Source: Spirochaetia bacterium
GTDB lineage: Bacteria; Spirochaetota; Spirochaetia; DSM-2461
Assembly (NCBI GenBank): GCA_963666985.2
Contig: CAXXIA010000001.1
Coordinates: 1,024,001 to 1,088,000 of the forward strand
Direction of reading: 5' to 3'
Length of the DNA stretch: 64,000 bases
Part shown: positions 1 to 10,198 of the stretch, one piece after another
How positions within the stretch are numbered: the stretch's first letter is position 1
How the letters are laid out: every line of letters begins with the position of its first letter
Translations under genes and position numbers: made by a program
Notes under the pieces: generated by a model
What the model was told of the DNA's origin: nothing
Seen by the model: the letters and a program-made list of their open reading frames with translations, nothing else
The model's database searches: none

Positions 1-842
1 CCGTTCGGGATGATTCCATAAATGTTCGCCGCAATCCTCTTCCCTTAAGAGGATTCAGAGGATTCGCGGCGGCCGTATACGCTCTTCCGGCCTTGCTCCT
101 TCTTGCCGCGCCCATCGCGGCGATTATCATCAACAGTTTTCTCTCGCATACCGGATGGACCGGTTCCCTGGGATTTTCGCTTAAGAACTGGAAAAACCTT
201 TTCGGCGGTGCGGGCCCGGGCTCGGCGGTCCTTTTAGGCGCCGTTTTCAGATCCCTTCTTCTCGGGGCCGCCGTTTCCGTATTAAGCGTTGCAACGGCCG
301 CCTCGGCCGCCCGCTATTCGGCCCAGAGGAAGGGAAAAGCGGCCGGAATAATAGGAATATCGGCGGCCGCGCCCATGGCCGTCAGTTCCATCATTCTGGG
401 GCTAGGGTATCTGTTGGCCCTTAACAGACTTCCCAATTTCGCGTTTGCCCGAAAAGCGGCCCTTCTCTGTGCCCAAGTCGCCGTGGCCCTCCCCTTCTCG
501 TATAGAATCCTTTCGGCACATTTTAAATCTTCATCGCAACGCATTCTTCAGGCCGCCAAATCATGCGGGGCATCCTCATTACGCGTATTTTTTACAATCG
601 AATTGCCCATGGCGAAACGGGCACTGCTGACTTCCGCCGTTTTTTCATTTGCGCTGTCGGCCGGTGAACTGAATGCCGCCGTTATTCTGGCGCCGAGCGG
701 ATTTACGACCATTCCGGTCGCGATTTATCAAATGATCGGCGCCTATGACATTCAAGGAGCCTGTGCCCTCGGAACCCTGCTCATTCTGCTGTGTGCGTCC
801 GCATTCTTTATTCTAGACCGTATGGGAGAAACAGGATTATGA
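1..842 (+). CDS. ABC transporter permease, Fe3+/thiamine type (5' part outside window)
   Basis: Frame is open from the window start. Hydrophobic helices and an EAA-like loop (QAAKSCGASSLRVFFTIELP). Stop overlaps the next ATG (ATGA). Confidence 0.85.
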   Translation, partial: VRDDSINVRRNPLPLRGFRGFAAAVYALPALLLLAAPIAAIIINSFLSHTGWTGSLGFSLKNWKNLFGGAGPGSAVLLGAVFRSLLLGAAVSVLSVATAASAARYSAQRKGKAAGIIGISAAAPMAVSSIILGLGYLLALNRLPNFAFARKAALLCAQVAVALPFSYRILSAHFKSSSQRILQAAKSCGASSLRVFFTIELPMAKRALLTSAVFSFALSAGELNAAVILAPSGFTTIPVAIYQMIGAYDIQGACALGTLLILLCASAFFILDRMGETGL

Positions 843-1906
843 AAGGTTCAAGGCTGACATTCGAAGAAATAACTTTTCGGCGTGGATCCTTTCGTTTGGA
901 AGCGAATACCTATTTCAATGAAGGAAAATTCACTGTGGTACTCGGTCCGAGCGGAAGCGGCAAAACCACCATGCTCGATCTTGCCGCGGGGTTTCTTCTT
1001 CCGAGCGGCGGCAGAATATTGGAAGGCGAAAGGGATGTAACCCGTCTGCCGCCGGAGCGGAGATCCGTCGGGGTTGTTTTTCAAGATTATGCCCTTTTTC
1101 CCCATCTGAACGTCAGAGGCAACATCGCCTACGGACCGAAAGCCCGCGGTTTATCCCGCCGGGAGGCCGCCGCCGTCGCAAACCGTTTTATGGAAATGAC
1201 GCATCTTGCGCATCTGGCAGAAAGGAATCCGTCTTCACTTTCCGGAGGCGAACGGCAAAGAGTCGCGCTGGCGCGAGCTCTGGCGATAGAACCGGATATT
1301 CTTCTCCTCGATGAACCGTTCAGTTCTCTCGACGCCTCCCTCAGGGTTTCGCTGAGGCGTGATGTAAAGCGGATTCAGGAAGAAACGGGCGTAACATCGA
1401 TTTTAGTAACGCACGATCAGGACGAGGCCCTTTCTCTCGCCGATGATTTGGCCATTATGAACAACGGACGCATTATCCAGCAATCAGCACCGAGTGAGTT
1501 GTGGAAGAATCCCAAGGACCTTTTTACGGCTCAGTTTTTGGGAAGAACCTCCAGGCTTTCGGTGAAACGATACGAAATCAATGAGAACCGAACTCTCATG
1601 GCCCATACCGCCGCCGGACCGATCCCCGTACCCGCCGATATCGATCCGCCGCCGCCGCCCGCGACGGTGATTTTTCGGCCCGAAGACCTAATCCGCGATG
1701 AAAAAGGTGATCTGACGGCAATCCTTGAACGATGTGAATATGCGGGAGGAAGTTGGAAGGGGCATCTTGTACCGAGGGAAGCTCATCCGGGCGATGTTTT
1801 GGAAATCGACTTTCCAAGAGCCGATAATCCTCCGCCGGTTAAAAAATCAATCAAACTGCGGCTTTCCCGCGGCGCGGTAAGAATACTCCCCGGGACTTGG
1901 ACCTGA
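839..1906 (+). CDS. ABC transporter ATP-binding subunit (PotA/FbpC/ThiQ-like)
   Basis: Walker A GPSGSGKT, LSGGERQRVALARAL signature, LLLDEP Walker B, VTHD. Start taken at ATG 839. Confidence 0.93.
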   Translation: MKGSRLTFEEITFRRGSFRLEANTYFNEGKFTVVLGPSGSGKTTMLDLAAGFLLPSGGRILEGERDVTRLPPERRSVGVVFQDYALFPHLNVRGNIAYGPKARGLSRREAAAVANRFMEMTHLAHLAERNPSSLSGGERQRVALARALAIEPDILLLDEPFSSLDASLRVSLRRDVKRIQEETGVTSILVTHDQDEALSLADDLAIMNNGRIIQQSAPSELWKNPKDLFTAQFLGRTSRLSVKRYEINENRTLMAHTAAGPIPVPADIDPPPPPATVIFRPEDLIRDEKGDLTAILERCEYAGGSWKGHLVPREAHPGDVLEIDFPRADNPPPVKKSIKLRLSRGAVRILPGTWT

Positions 1907-2027
1907 TGCAGCCGGTCTTTTCGCAGGTTTCTCGTGAGTGTTCCTACTTAAGGCGGAATTCGGGAACGGATGGACAGCGGGCCGTTTTTTTCAGCAGCCC
2001 GCCGCTCTCGAAAAATGCGGCTTTTCT

Positions 2028-2465
2028 CTATTCCTTGATCGCGTCACTGGCCGTTTGAGCTCTATCGGGAGAATCATACACATCAAGCTTTTCATCCGGA
2101 ACCCATCCGAGCGAATCGTCGTCGGGATTATTAACCCCAAGCCAATAGGTTCTTCCGTCTTTCTCCCCGACTTTCGAAATGACTTCCACGATATCGCCCT
2201 TGCGCAGAATCCCTCCGACATCGGATTTCGAATCGGGTTCGATCATAATCCGGACATATGTCGTATTGGCTACGGCCCATCGGGATTCGGCCGTTAAAAC
2301 CGGCGTGGGCGGCGGTTCCAAATCGGCGGGCGGCTCCTGCTTCGCGCAGGAGAAGACGGATAGAGCCATAAGAATCGAAAGCAGAGCAAAAGAAACCGCC
2401 GACAATCCTACGGAAAAAAACGAAAAAATCCCCTGAGCCGAACCGGAAGAATAAACGGATTTCAC
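2028..2465 (-). CDS. SH3-domain lipoprotein
   Basis: Hydrophobic signal ending LSVFSC; bacterial SH3-like core (LRKGDIVEVI...W...GWVP). GTGA overlap with the uvrB stop. Confidence 0.75.
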   Translation of the reverse strand: MKSVYSSGSAQGIFSFFSVGLSAVSFALLSILMALSVFSCAKQEPPADLEPPPTPVLTAESRWAVANTTYVRIMIEPDSKSDVGGILRKGDIVEVISKVGEKDGRTYWLGVNNPDDDSLGWVPDEKLDVYDSPDRAQTASDAIKE

Positions 2466-4456
2466 GCTTCGCCCCCTTGAAGCCTGCGAATCTCATCCCT
2501 GAGCACGGCGGCCTCTTCATATTCCATGTTTTTCGCCCGCTCCAGCATTTCATTCTCCAGAGCCTTAATCAAACTCTTTTTCTGTTTCGGATCAAGCAGA
2601 TTGGAGGATTTCTTCATCACCTCGATGCTCATCTTCTCCGCGGCCCGCTTTTCGTCCCCTCTTCGAACCAGAATGTCCTTGATTTCTTTTTGTATCGATT
2701 CGGGTGTAATCCCATGCTCTTTATTGTAGGCCGCCTGTATTTCCCGGCGCCTGTCGGTTTCGGCGATCGCGGATTTCATGGCATCGCTCATGCCGTCGGC
2801 ATACATAATCACTTGTCCTGAAACATGCCGCGCCGTTCTTCCTATGGTCTGAATCAGACTGGTTTCGCTTCGGAGAAAACCGATCTTATCGGCATCCATG
2901 ATGGCCGTCAGAGAAACTTCCGGAATGTCGAGTCCTTCCCTAAGAAGATTGATTCCGACAAGAACGTCAAATTCGCCCTTCCTCAAATCCCGGATAATCT
3001 CAACCCGTTCAATCGTCTCGACTTCACTGTGCAGATAACGCGTGCGGATTCCCAGCCCCATGAAATAATCGGTTAAGTCCTCGGCCATCTTTTTGGTCAG
3101 AGTCGTTACCAGAATCCGTTCGTTCTTCTCAATCCTGCCGCGGATTTCCGCGTACAGATCTTCAATTTGGCCCTCCGTGGGACGAACGTCGATCGGCGGA
3201 TCAAGAAGTCCCGTGGGACGTATCAGCTGCTCCACAATAGCCTTGGATTTCTTCTTCTCTTCCTTTCCGGGAGTGGCCGACACATACACCACCCGATCCA
3301 TCCGACTTTCGAACTCATCGTAGACAAGCGGACGATTATCCAAAGCCGACGGCAGACGAAATCCGTAATTCACCAGATTCAATTTTCGCGAACGGTCGCC
3401 CTCATACATGGCCCTCACTTGAGAAAGCGTTACGTGGGATTCGTCCACCACCGTCAGAAACTTCTCGGGAAAATAATCCAGCAGCACCTCGGGGCGCTCT
3501 CCTGCCTGCCTTCCGGTTAAATGCCGGCTGTAGTTCTCGATTCCCGGGCAATATCCCATTTCGGAAAGCATCTCAATATCGTACTCGGTCCGCGTTTTCA
3601 AACGCTGCGCTTCGACGATTTTCCCGGCGGCTTCCAGTGATTCCAGCTGATCCTCAAGCTCTTCCCGGATCGTTCCGCAGGCCGTTCGAACTCTCTCTTC
3701 GGGCATAACGAAATGTTTCGCCGCGTAAATCGTCGTGGTTTCCAAGCGCTCCAGCACCTCTCCGGTCAGCGCGTGAATTCTGTCGATGGACTCCACCGTA
3801 TCGAAATCCAAACTGATTCTGTACGCGATGTCCGTGTAATAGGCCGGATAGATTTCCATGACATCGCCGCGGATGCGGAATTTTCCTCTTTCCAGAATCG
3901 CGTCGTTTCTCTGGTACTGCATGCCGATGAGTTCCATGCGCATCGCATGCATATCAACCTCATCTCCGAGGGTGATGCGCAGCTTCATATCCTTATAGGT
4001 CTCGGTGCTGCCCAAGCCATAAATGCAGGAAACCGTGGCCACGATAATCACGTCCCGCCGTTCCATCAGACTCATCGTGGCTGAAAGACGCATTCTTTCA
4101 ATCTCGTCGTTGATGCTCGAATCCTTCTCAATGTACAAATCCCGGGAAGGCACGTAAGCCTCCGGCTGATAGTAATCGAAGTAGGATACGAAATACTCCA
4201 CGGCGTTGTTCGGAAAAAACTCCTTGAACTCCCGATAAAGCTGGGCCGCGAGGGTTTTGTTATGGCTGATCACCAAAGCCGGGAGCTGAACTCGTTCAAT
4301 AACCTTGGCCATGGTGTAGGTTTTGCCCGACCCTGTAACGCCGAGAAGCGTCTGATAGGGCAAGCCTTGTTCGATGCCGCGGGAAAGGGCCTCGATGGCC
4401 GCCGGCTGATCTCCCGCGGGCTCATACGGAGCGGAAACCTCGAACTTTCGAATCAT
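2462..4456 (-). CDS. uvrB: Excinuclease ABC subunit B
   Basis: LLGVTGSGKT, NKTLAAQLY, YYQPEAYVP, DESH, GFRLPSALDNRPL and a C-terminal UVR coiled coil. Confidence 0.99.
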   Translation of the reverse strand: MIRKFEVSAPYEPAGDQPAAIEALSRGIEQGLPYQTLLGVTGSGKTYTMAKVIERVQLPALVISHNKTLAAQLYREFKEFFPNNAVEYFVSYFDYYQPEAYVPSRDLYIEKDSSINDEIERMRLSATMSLMERRDVIIVATVSCIYGLGSTETYKDMKLRITLGDEVDMHAMRMELIGMQYQRNDAILERGKFRIRGDVMEIYPAYYTDIAYRISLDFDTVESIDRIHALTGEVLERLETTTIYAAKHFVMPEERVRTACGTIREELEDQLESLEAAGKIVEAQRLKTRTEYDIEMLSEMGYCPGIENYSRHLTGRQAGERPEVLLDYFPEKFLTVVDESHVTLSQVRAMYEGDRSRKLNLVNYGFRLPSALDNRPLVYDEFESRMDRVVYVSATPGKEEKKKSKAIVEQLIRPTGLLDPPIDVRPTEGQIEDLYAEIRGRIEKNERILVTTLTKKMAEDLTDYFMGLGIRTRYLHSEVETIERVEIIRDLRKGEFDVLVGINLLREGLDIPEVSLTAIMDADKIGFLRSETSLIQTIGRTARHVSGQVIMYADGMSDAMKSAIAETDRRREIQAAYNKEHGITPESIQKEIKDILVRRGDEKRAAEKMSIEVMKKSSNLLDPKQKKSLIKALENEMLERAKNMEYEEAAVLRDEIRRLQGGEA

Positions 4457-5691
4457 TGATTCCCGCCGGGCCGCTCGGTTAAAACAAGTTCCACATCCAG
4501 AGTTCTTTTGCCCCGAACCAATGTCACCTGCGCAGTATCTCCCGGACGGCTACGTTCAAGAGCGGCATAAAAATCTCCCAGAGAAGCCACCGGTTCCCCG
4601 TCGATGCCCACGATGATGTCGCCGCCGAGATAAATAAGCGTGTTTCCGCTGCGCACGGCGAGATTTTCTTTGCCGCCCCTGATGCCCGCCTTATCCGCGT
4701 TGCCTCCCTCCGTGACACGGGAAACCAAGACTCCTTGAGAAACAGGCAGTTCCGCATAGCGCACAAGCGAGGGAAACAGCTGAACCGGTTCGATATCGAT
4801 CCAGCCCCTCTGTACGATGCCGTAGCGAATCAAATCGGGTACAACACGTCTCGCCGTATCCACAGGAACGGCGAAACCGATGCCCACCGAGCCGCCCGAC
4901 GGGGTGTAAATCATCGTATTCACGCCGATCAGTTCACCCTTTGAATTCAGAAGCGGACCGCCCGAGTTCCCCGGATTAATGGACGCGTCGGTCTGAATCA
5001 AATCCCGGATGACAATGCCCTTATCGTTCCGCAAGGGCCGTCCGATTCCGGAAATAATCCCTGTTGTCAGTGTTCGTTCGAAGGCGAAAGGATTGCCTAT
5101 AGCCAGCACCTTTTGTCCCACTCGTAAATGATCCGAGACACCGAAGGGGATGGTTCTTAAAGGATGGCCGCCGGGTTCAAACTTGATAACGGCCAGATCG
5201 TTTTCCTGGTCCGAACCGATGACATTGCCTTCAAACTCGGTTCCATCGGCGAGAGTCACATTCACCTTGTAGGCTTTTTCAACCACATGATTGTTCGTCA
5301 GAACATAGCCTCGGCTGTCGATGATGGAACCCGAACCCGAGGAGCCCACCTGCGGTACGGGTTCGAAAAACCAGTTATATCCGACAACCTCCGTTGTGAT
5401 GTTCACAACGGCCTCGTTGTATCGCTCATAGACGGTTATGTTTTCCAGTTCATCGGGACTGAACTCTTCCGAGGAAGGGATTTCGGGAACATTGGGGAGT
5501 GTCGCCGGCTCATATTTAAATTCGGCGAACTCCGCCGTTTCAACCGTTTCGTGATCCGCCGGTATATCGGCCCTCTGCGTACGGGTTTTCGTGTTGAAAT
5601 CGATCACGCCGAAACCCATCAGAAATATCAAAACGGTCAGACATATCGTTAAGACAGGCAGAACAAAACGTCTTGGATCATTGCGTCTCAT
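4453..5691 (-). CDS. HtrA/DegP-family trypsin-like serine protease with PDZ domain, membrane-anchored
   Basis: TNNHVV, DLAVIK, TDASINPGNSGGPL triad motifs; N-terminal TM segment; C-terminal PDZ. Confidence 0.95.
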   Translation of the reverse strand: MRRNDPRRFVLPVLTICLTVLIFLMGFGVIDFNTKTRTQRADIPADHETVETAEFAEFKYEPATLPNVPEIPSSEEFSPDELENITVYERYNEAVVNITTEVVGYNWFFEPVPQVGSSGSGSIIDSRGYVLTNNHVVEKAYKVNVTLADGTEFEGNVIGSDQENDLAVIKFEPGGHPLRTIPFGVSDHLRVGQKVLAIGNPFAFERTLTTGIISGIGRPLRNDKGIVIRDLIQTDASINPGNSGGPLLNSKGELIGVNTMIYTPSGGSVGIGFAVPVDTARRVVPDLIRYGIVQRGWIDIEPVQLFPSLVRYAELPVSQGVLVSRVTEGGNADKAGIRGGKENLAVRSGNTLIYLGGDIIVGIDGEPVASLGDFYAALERSRPGDTAQVTLVRGKRTLDVELVLTERPGGNQ

Positions 5692-5707
5692 ATATCCAGT
5701 ATAAATT

Positions 5708-6307
5708 TCACTTCCCTAATGAGGAAGCTCCCTCAAAGCAAAGCGGACGAATCTCCGCCGTTTTCATTCCGTCGATCCTCCGATGGTTTTCCGCTCCCAG
5801 CCCCGCCGCATGCGCAAGGAGGATATTTAAAGGATCCCCATGCGAAACAAGAAGAACGGCATCAGGACCATCCGACGCCTCGATTCTCTCCAAAACTTCC
5901 AGAACTCTTTTAAGAACATCCGAAGGGCTCTCGACACCGCCGTTCCGATTATCCGGATTCCGTTCATCCGAAACCCAGACTTCCCTGTAGGAATCATCCC
6001 GTACGCCGTCCCATTTCCCGAAAAAACGTTCTCGAAGTCCCTCTTCGATTCGAACGGGAGACATCTTCAGCAGCTTTGAGACGATTTGAGCCGTTTCACG
6101 GGCTCTTAAAAAAGGAGAAGAGACGATCGTGAGTTCTTTCGGCAGTCCGGAGGAAGCAACCGAATCGGAAATCTGTTTTTGAGAGCCTTCGGCAAGCCCC
6201 CAATGTTCCGAGCCTTGATTAAGGCTGCTGACGATAAGCTCCGCCTCGTTGGCTAAAGAGCGGCCGTGCCGCATAACATAGAACTTTTTTTTCATTTTAC
6301 TCTGCAC
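5708..6307 (-). CDS. Histidine phosphatase family protein (GpmB-like)
   Basis: RHG motif, SSPFLRARETA, LRERFFG, VSHGD. Confidence 0.92.
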   Translation of the reverse strand: MQSKMKKKFYVMRHGRSLANEAELIVSSLNQGSEHWGLAEGSQKQISDSVASSGLPKELTIVSSPFLRARETAQIVSKLLKMSPVRIEEGLRERFFGKWDGVRDDSYREVWVSDERNPDNRNGGVESPSDVLKRVLEVLERIEASDGPDAVLLVSHGDPLNILLAHAAGLGAENHRRIDGMKTAEIRPLCFEGASSLGK

Positions 6308-6362
6308 GAATCGGATTATAGCGAGAGTTCAAGGGTCGGCGGAACCACTCTCTAAAGAGATG

Positions 6363-8085
6363 GGGGCTGTCTCATAAGAGGCGGCCCTTTTTCATGTCTG
6401 GAAGAATTCCCTTCTGAATTCAAGGGTGGTAGAATTCTTCATGGACACTAAAAAGAAGGCTACATTCAAAGATTACGAAATCAGCCAACAGATGCTCCTG
6501 CCTCCAAGTCTCGATGAACTGCTTCCCGCAAACCATATATCCCGCACAATCAACAACTTCATCGACACGATGGATACCAGTGAGCTCTTCAACGCCTATC
6601 CGGGAGGCGGTGCCAGCAGCTACCACCCGGTGATGATGCTGAAGGTTCTGGTGTTGGCCTACTCGAAACAGCTGTATTCCTGTCGTCAAATCGCAGACGC
6701 TCTTCGTGAGCAGATATGCTTCATGTGGATCAGTGGTAATAACCGTCCTGATTTCCACACGATAAACAGATTTCGTAACGGTCCATTGAAGAAGAGCATC
6801 GAGAAAATCTTTGCCTCAATGGCCAACAGCCTCATCGAGAGCGGACATGTCCAGATGGAGAACTACTTTCTCGACGGCACAAAAATCGAATCAGCAGCTA
6901 ACAAATACACATGGGTATGGGGCCGGGCGACAGACAAGTTCCAGAAGCGCCTGGCCGGCAATATGGATGAGCTTTTCGAATACATCGACCGCATCAATGA
7001 AGAAGAGGATGAGAAGTACGGCGACCATGACCTTCCCCATGTGGATCCTCAAGGCAGGCCGATGTCGGAGATTCTCGAAGATGCGGTATCCAAGCTCAAT
7101 GAAGAGCTGCGCAAGGATCGGGAGGAGCGAGAAAAGAAGGAGATTCAACGGAGATTGAATACCGCTAGCAAGGACTATCTCCCTCGTGCCAAAAAGTATG
7201 AGCAGCAGAAGAGAATCCTCGGCGACCGAAATAGTTACTCGAAAACAGACTATGATGCGACTTTCATGCGGATGAAAGAAGACTATATGAAAAATGGTCA
7301 GCTCAAGCCCGGGTACAACATCCAAATGGGTACTGAGAACCAGTTCATCCTCGGATATAGCATCCACCAGAGTCCCGGTGACTCCCTGACATTGCCGCTA
7401 CATATGGAGAAACTGAAAAAGAATCTGAAACGCTATCCGAAAAGAATCATTGCTGATTCAGGATATGGTAGTGAAGAGAACTACCAGTGGTGTGAGGATC
7501 ATGGTGTCGAGAAGTACATCAAGTTCAGCTACTTCCACAGGGAGCGGAAACGGAAGTTCAAGAAGCAGATTCATATGAAAGAGAACTGGGACTATCGTGC
7601 CTCTGATGATACATACCGGTGCCCCAAGGGTCGCCGATTCAAACACGAGGAGACCAGAATCTCGAAAACAGGTTCAGGATTTCCGACCACTGAAAAAAGG
7701 TATACAGGCCCTGGATGCCAAAGGTGTTCTCTCCGAATCCGGTGCTGCAAATACGGAGGCAAAGAGCGCATCCTGACGGTTCGTCCAAACCTGGAACGGC
7801 ATAAGTCTGAAGTGCGCAAGTTGCTGACTTCAGAGGAAGGACTGAGAATGCGCTCTCTCAGGCCGATTGAAGTCGAATCTGTATTCGGAGATATCAAGAC
7901 GAATATGGGATTTCGGAGATTCCGAACCAGGGGATTGAAGATGGTCAGTACTGAATGGGGACTGTTGAGTATGGCTCATAACATGAGGAAGCTACAGAAA
8001 CGATAAGGGGATGGGAGGGAACCTCCCGTCTTCGGAGGTCAACCAAATTTTAAAAGGGGCTGTCTCAAACTAATGAGACAGCCCC
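6363..8085 (+). mobile_element. IS1182-family insertion sequence
   Basis: 13-bp inverted repeats GGGGCTGTCTCAT (6363-6375) / ATGAGACAGCCCC (8073-8085) flank the transposase. No target duplication recognised, so the exact ends are uncertain by a few bp. Confidence 0.85.
6441..8006 (+). CDS. IS1182-family transposase
   Basis: GGGASSYHPVMMLK, PDFHTINRFR, LDGTKI, TDYDATFMRMK, LKPGYN, ADSGY, Cys cluster, VESVFGDIK. Confidence 0.95.
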   Translation: MDTKKKATFKDYEISQQMLLPPSLDELLPANHISRTINNFIDTMDTSELFNAYPGGGASSYHPVMMLKVLVLAYSKQLYSCRQIADALREQICFMWISGNNRPDFHTINRFRNGPLKKSIEKIFASMANSLIESGHVQMENYFLDGTKIESAANKYTWVWGRATDKFQKRLAGNMDELFEYIDRINEEEDEKYGDHDLPHVDPQGRPMSEILEDAVSKLNEELRKDREEREKKEIQRRLNTASKDYLPRAKKYEQQKRILGDRNSYSKTDYDATFMRMKEDYMKNGQLKPGYNIQMGTENQFILGYSIHQSPGDSLTLPLHMEKLKKNLKRYPKRIIADSGYGSEENYQWCEDHGVEKYIKFSYFHRERKRKFKKQIHMKENWDYRASDDTYRCPKGRRFKHEETRISKTGSGFPTTEKRYTGPGCQRCSLRIRCCKYGGKERILTVRPNLERHKSEVRKLLTSEEGLRMRSLRPIEVESVFGDIKTNMGFRRFRTRGLKMVSTEWGLLSMAHNMRKLQKR

Positions 8086-8089
8086 TTTT
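8052..8089. terminator. Bidirectional intrinsic terminator at the IS right end
   Basis: Perfect 16-bp stem AAAAGGGGCTGTCTCA / TGAGACAGCCCCTTTT between the convergent transposase and comM. Confidence 0.75.
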
Positions 8090-8093
8090 GCCG

Positions 8094-9629
8094 TTAAAGG
8101 GTCAGCCAGAACAAATCTCTTCCTCCGTAGCGCCTATGCTGTGCGGCTTCCAGGATATCTTCCTCCTTAATCATCGCCCTTCCGGCCATATCGGCCAGAG
8201 TTCTTGCGACACGGAGAACCCCATGAGCCGCACGGGAAGAGAGTCCCAGCATCCTCACCGCACGCGTGAACGTTTCGGCGGGAACCTTATCCAAAGGGGC
8301 ATATCGCGAAAGTTCTCCCGCGGGAAGAGATGCGTTAAGCGACCAGCTTTCGGATTCATATCGCCGATACTGCGCTTCACGTGCTTTTTCGACCCGTTTT
8401 CGGATAACCTTCGATCGTTCTTGGGGTAAGGCAAGAAGCGTTTCCGGGGATACGGGCGTTATCGGAACACGGATATCGATTCTGTCCATCAAGGCGCCGC
8501 CGATTTTTCCCCAATAACGGCGAATCTCGGAGACCGAGCAGAAGCAGGAAGCATCTTCTTTTCCCAGATTTCCGCAGGGACAGGGATTCATAGCCATCAT
8601 TAAGAGAAATTCCGACGGGTACCACCATCTTTGATGGGCTCTTGCCAGATGCACTTTCCCCGATTCCAAAGGCTCTCTTAAGGATTGAAGAGCCCTGGAA
8701 ACGAATTCCGTAGCCTCGTCAAGAAACAAGATGCCGCCGTGAGCCAAAGAAACTTCTCCCGGCTTTTCGGCATTTCCTCCTCCGAGCAATCCTTCGAGGC
8801 TGGAGGAATGGTGAGGTTCGCGGAAAGGCGGACGGCGCATCAGACCGGTGCAATCGTCCGTCAGTCCGGCTTGCGACCAAATCCGGGTGACTTCGAGCGA
8901 TTTTTCAGGAATCAAGTCGGGCAGAATCCCGGGAAGGGTTCGGGCGCCCAAAGTTTTTCCGCTTCCCGGGGGTCCGAAAATCAAAAGATGGTGAGCGCCG
9001 CAGGCCGATATTTCCAAGGCTCTTTTTAAGATAGGCTGCCCTTTCAAGTCAGCCATATCCACTTCGCCTCCGTTTGCGGCCAATGTATTGGCCGACTCTT
9101 CGGCCCCGCCGGGAGAATCAGGCCACTCTCCTTCGAGCAAAGGAGTTAAATCTCCTATTTTACTTATCCCTACCGTCCGTCCTCCGGGAAGCGCCGCGGC
9201 CTCTTCTCTATTCGCTTTGGGAACGATAAATCGAGTCACACCGGCATTCAAAGCCGCCGCCGCGGCCGGAAGAATCCCGGATACGGATCTGACCGTTCCG
9301 TCTAGCTGAAGTTCACCGGCGCAAAGAACATCGTATTCGGCGGGATTCGGGATTTGAGAGGAAGCGGCCAAAATTCCCGCGGCGATGGGAAGATCATAAG
9401 AGGCCCCCACCTTTTTCAATCCGGCCGGCGCCAAGTTCACGAGGATTCTTTTTGCGGGGAACTCAAAACCGCTTCTCTGCAGGGCAATCCTGACTCTGTC
9501 TCCGGATTCCCGTACGGCACTATCCGGCAGACCCACGATGTCGAGTCCGGGGATACCCCTTCGAATATCCACTTCCACCGCGATAAGATGGCCGTTATAT
9601 CCGGATGCCGCATACGCAAAGATCTTCAT
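8094..9629 (-). CDS. comM: ComM/YifB Mg-chelatase-like AAA+ ATPase
   Basis: IVGLPDSAVRES, NLAPA, GPPGSGKT, PFREPHHS, PGEVSLAHGGILFLDE, AMNPCPCG. Confidence 0.95.
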   Translation of the reverse strand: MKIFAYAASGYNGHLIAVEVDIRRGIPGLDIVGLPDSAVRESGDRVRIALQRSGFEFPAKRILVNLAPAGLKKVGASYDLPIAAGILAASSQIPNPAEYDVLCAGELQLDGTVRSVSGILPAAAAALNAGVTRFIVPKANREEAAALPGGRTVGISKIGDLTPLLEGEWPDSPGGAEESANTLAANGGEVDMADLKGQPILKRALEISACGAHHLLIFGPPGSGKTLGARTLPGILPDLIPEKSLEVTRIWSQAGLTDDCTGLMRRPPFREPHHSSSLEGLLGGGNAEKPGEVSLAHGGILFLDEATEFVSRALQSLREPLESGKVHLARAHQRWWYPSEFLLMMAMNPCPCGNLGKEDASCFCSVSEIRRYWGKIGGALMDRIDIRVPITPVSPETLLALPQERSKVIRKRVEKAREAQYRRYESESWSLNASLPAGELSRYAPLDKVPAETFTRAVRMLGLSSRAAHGVLRVARTLADMAGRAMIKEEDILEAAQHRRYGGRDLFWLTL

Positions 9630-9724
9630 TGCATGCCTCCGGAGGATATAACCGCGCTATGAGGTGATTTCTTTTAAACGGCCCGAAGAATTACTTCCGT
9701 TTTCTTATTTGATCTTTTCATTTT

Positions 9725-10189
9725 TCAGCCGGCGAAGCGGGCTCTTTCAAGAGCGACAAGCGTATCGCAGCGTTCGTTCATCTCATTCCCGTCATGAGCC
9801 TTCACCCATCTCCATTCGATCGTGAAAGCATCACTGAGCTTCTTGAGTTCCACCCAGAGTTCTTTATTCTTAACCGGCTTTCCGGTTGATGTTTTCCAGC
9901 CTTTGGCAATCCAGCCGCGCATCCACTCGCTGATTCCCTTCTGAACATACTGTGAATCCGTATAGACGGTAATTCGGCTTTTTTCGAAAATATCCGTTTC
10001 CGCGACTTTCTCAAGCGCTTTGATGACGGCGGTGAGTTCCATGCGATTGTTTGTTGTGGAAGGATGACCACCGGACATCTCAAGCGTGCGGCCGTCCTGC
10101 ATTATCAGCACGGCCGCCCAACCGCCGGGTCCCGGATTTCCGGTACAGCCTCCGTCGGTGTATATATCTATCTTTATCATTTCCTGCAT
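9725..10189 (-). CDS. rnhA: Ribonuclease HI
   Basis: IYTDGGCTGNPGPGGW, TTNNRMEL, TDSQYV, WVKAH, NERCD. Start 10189 has a GAGGTG SD. Confidence 0.97.
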   Translation of the reverse strand: MQEMIKIDIYTDGGCTGNPGPGGWAAVLIMQDGRTLEMSGGHPSTTNNRMELTAVIKALEKVAETDIFEKSRITVYTDSQYVQKGISEWMRGWIAKGWKTSTGKPVKNKELWVELKKLSDAFTIEWRWVKAHDGNEMNERCDTLVALERARFAG

Positions 10190-10198
10190 AATCACCTC

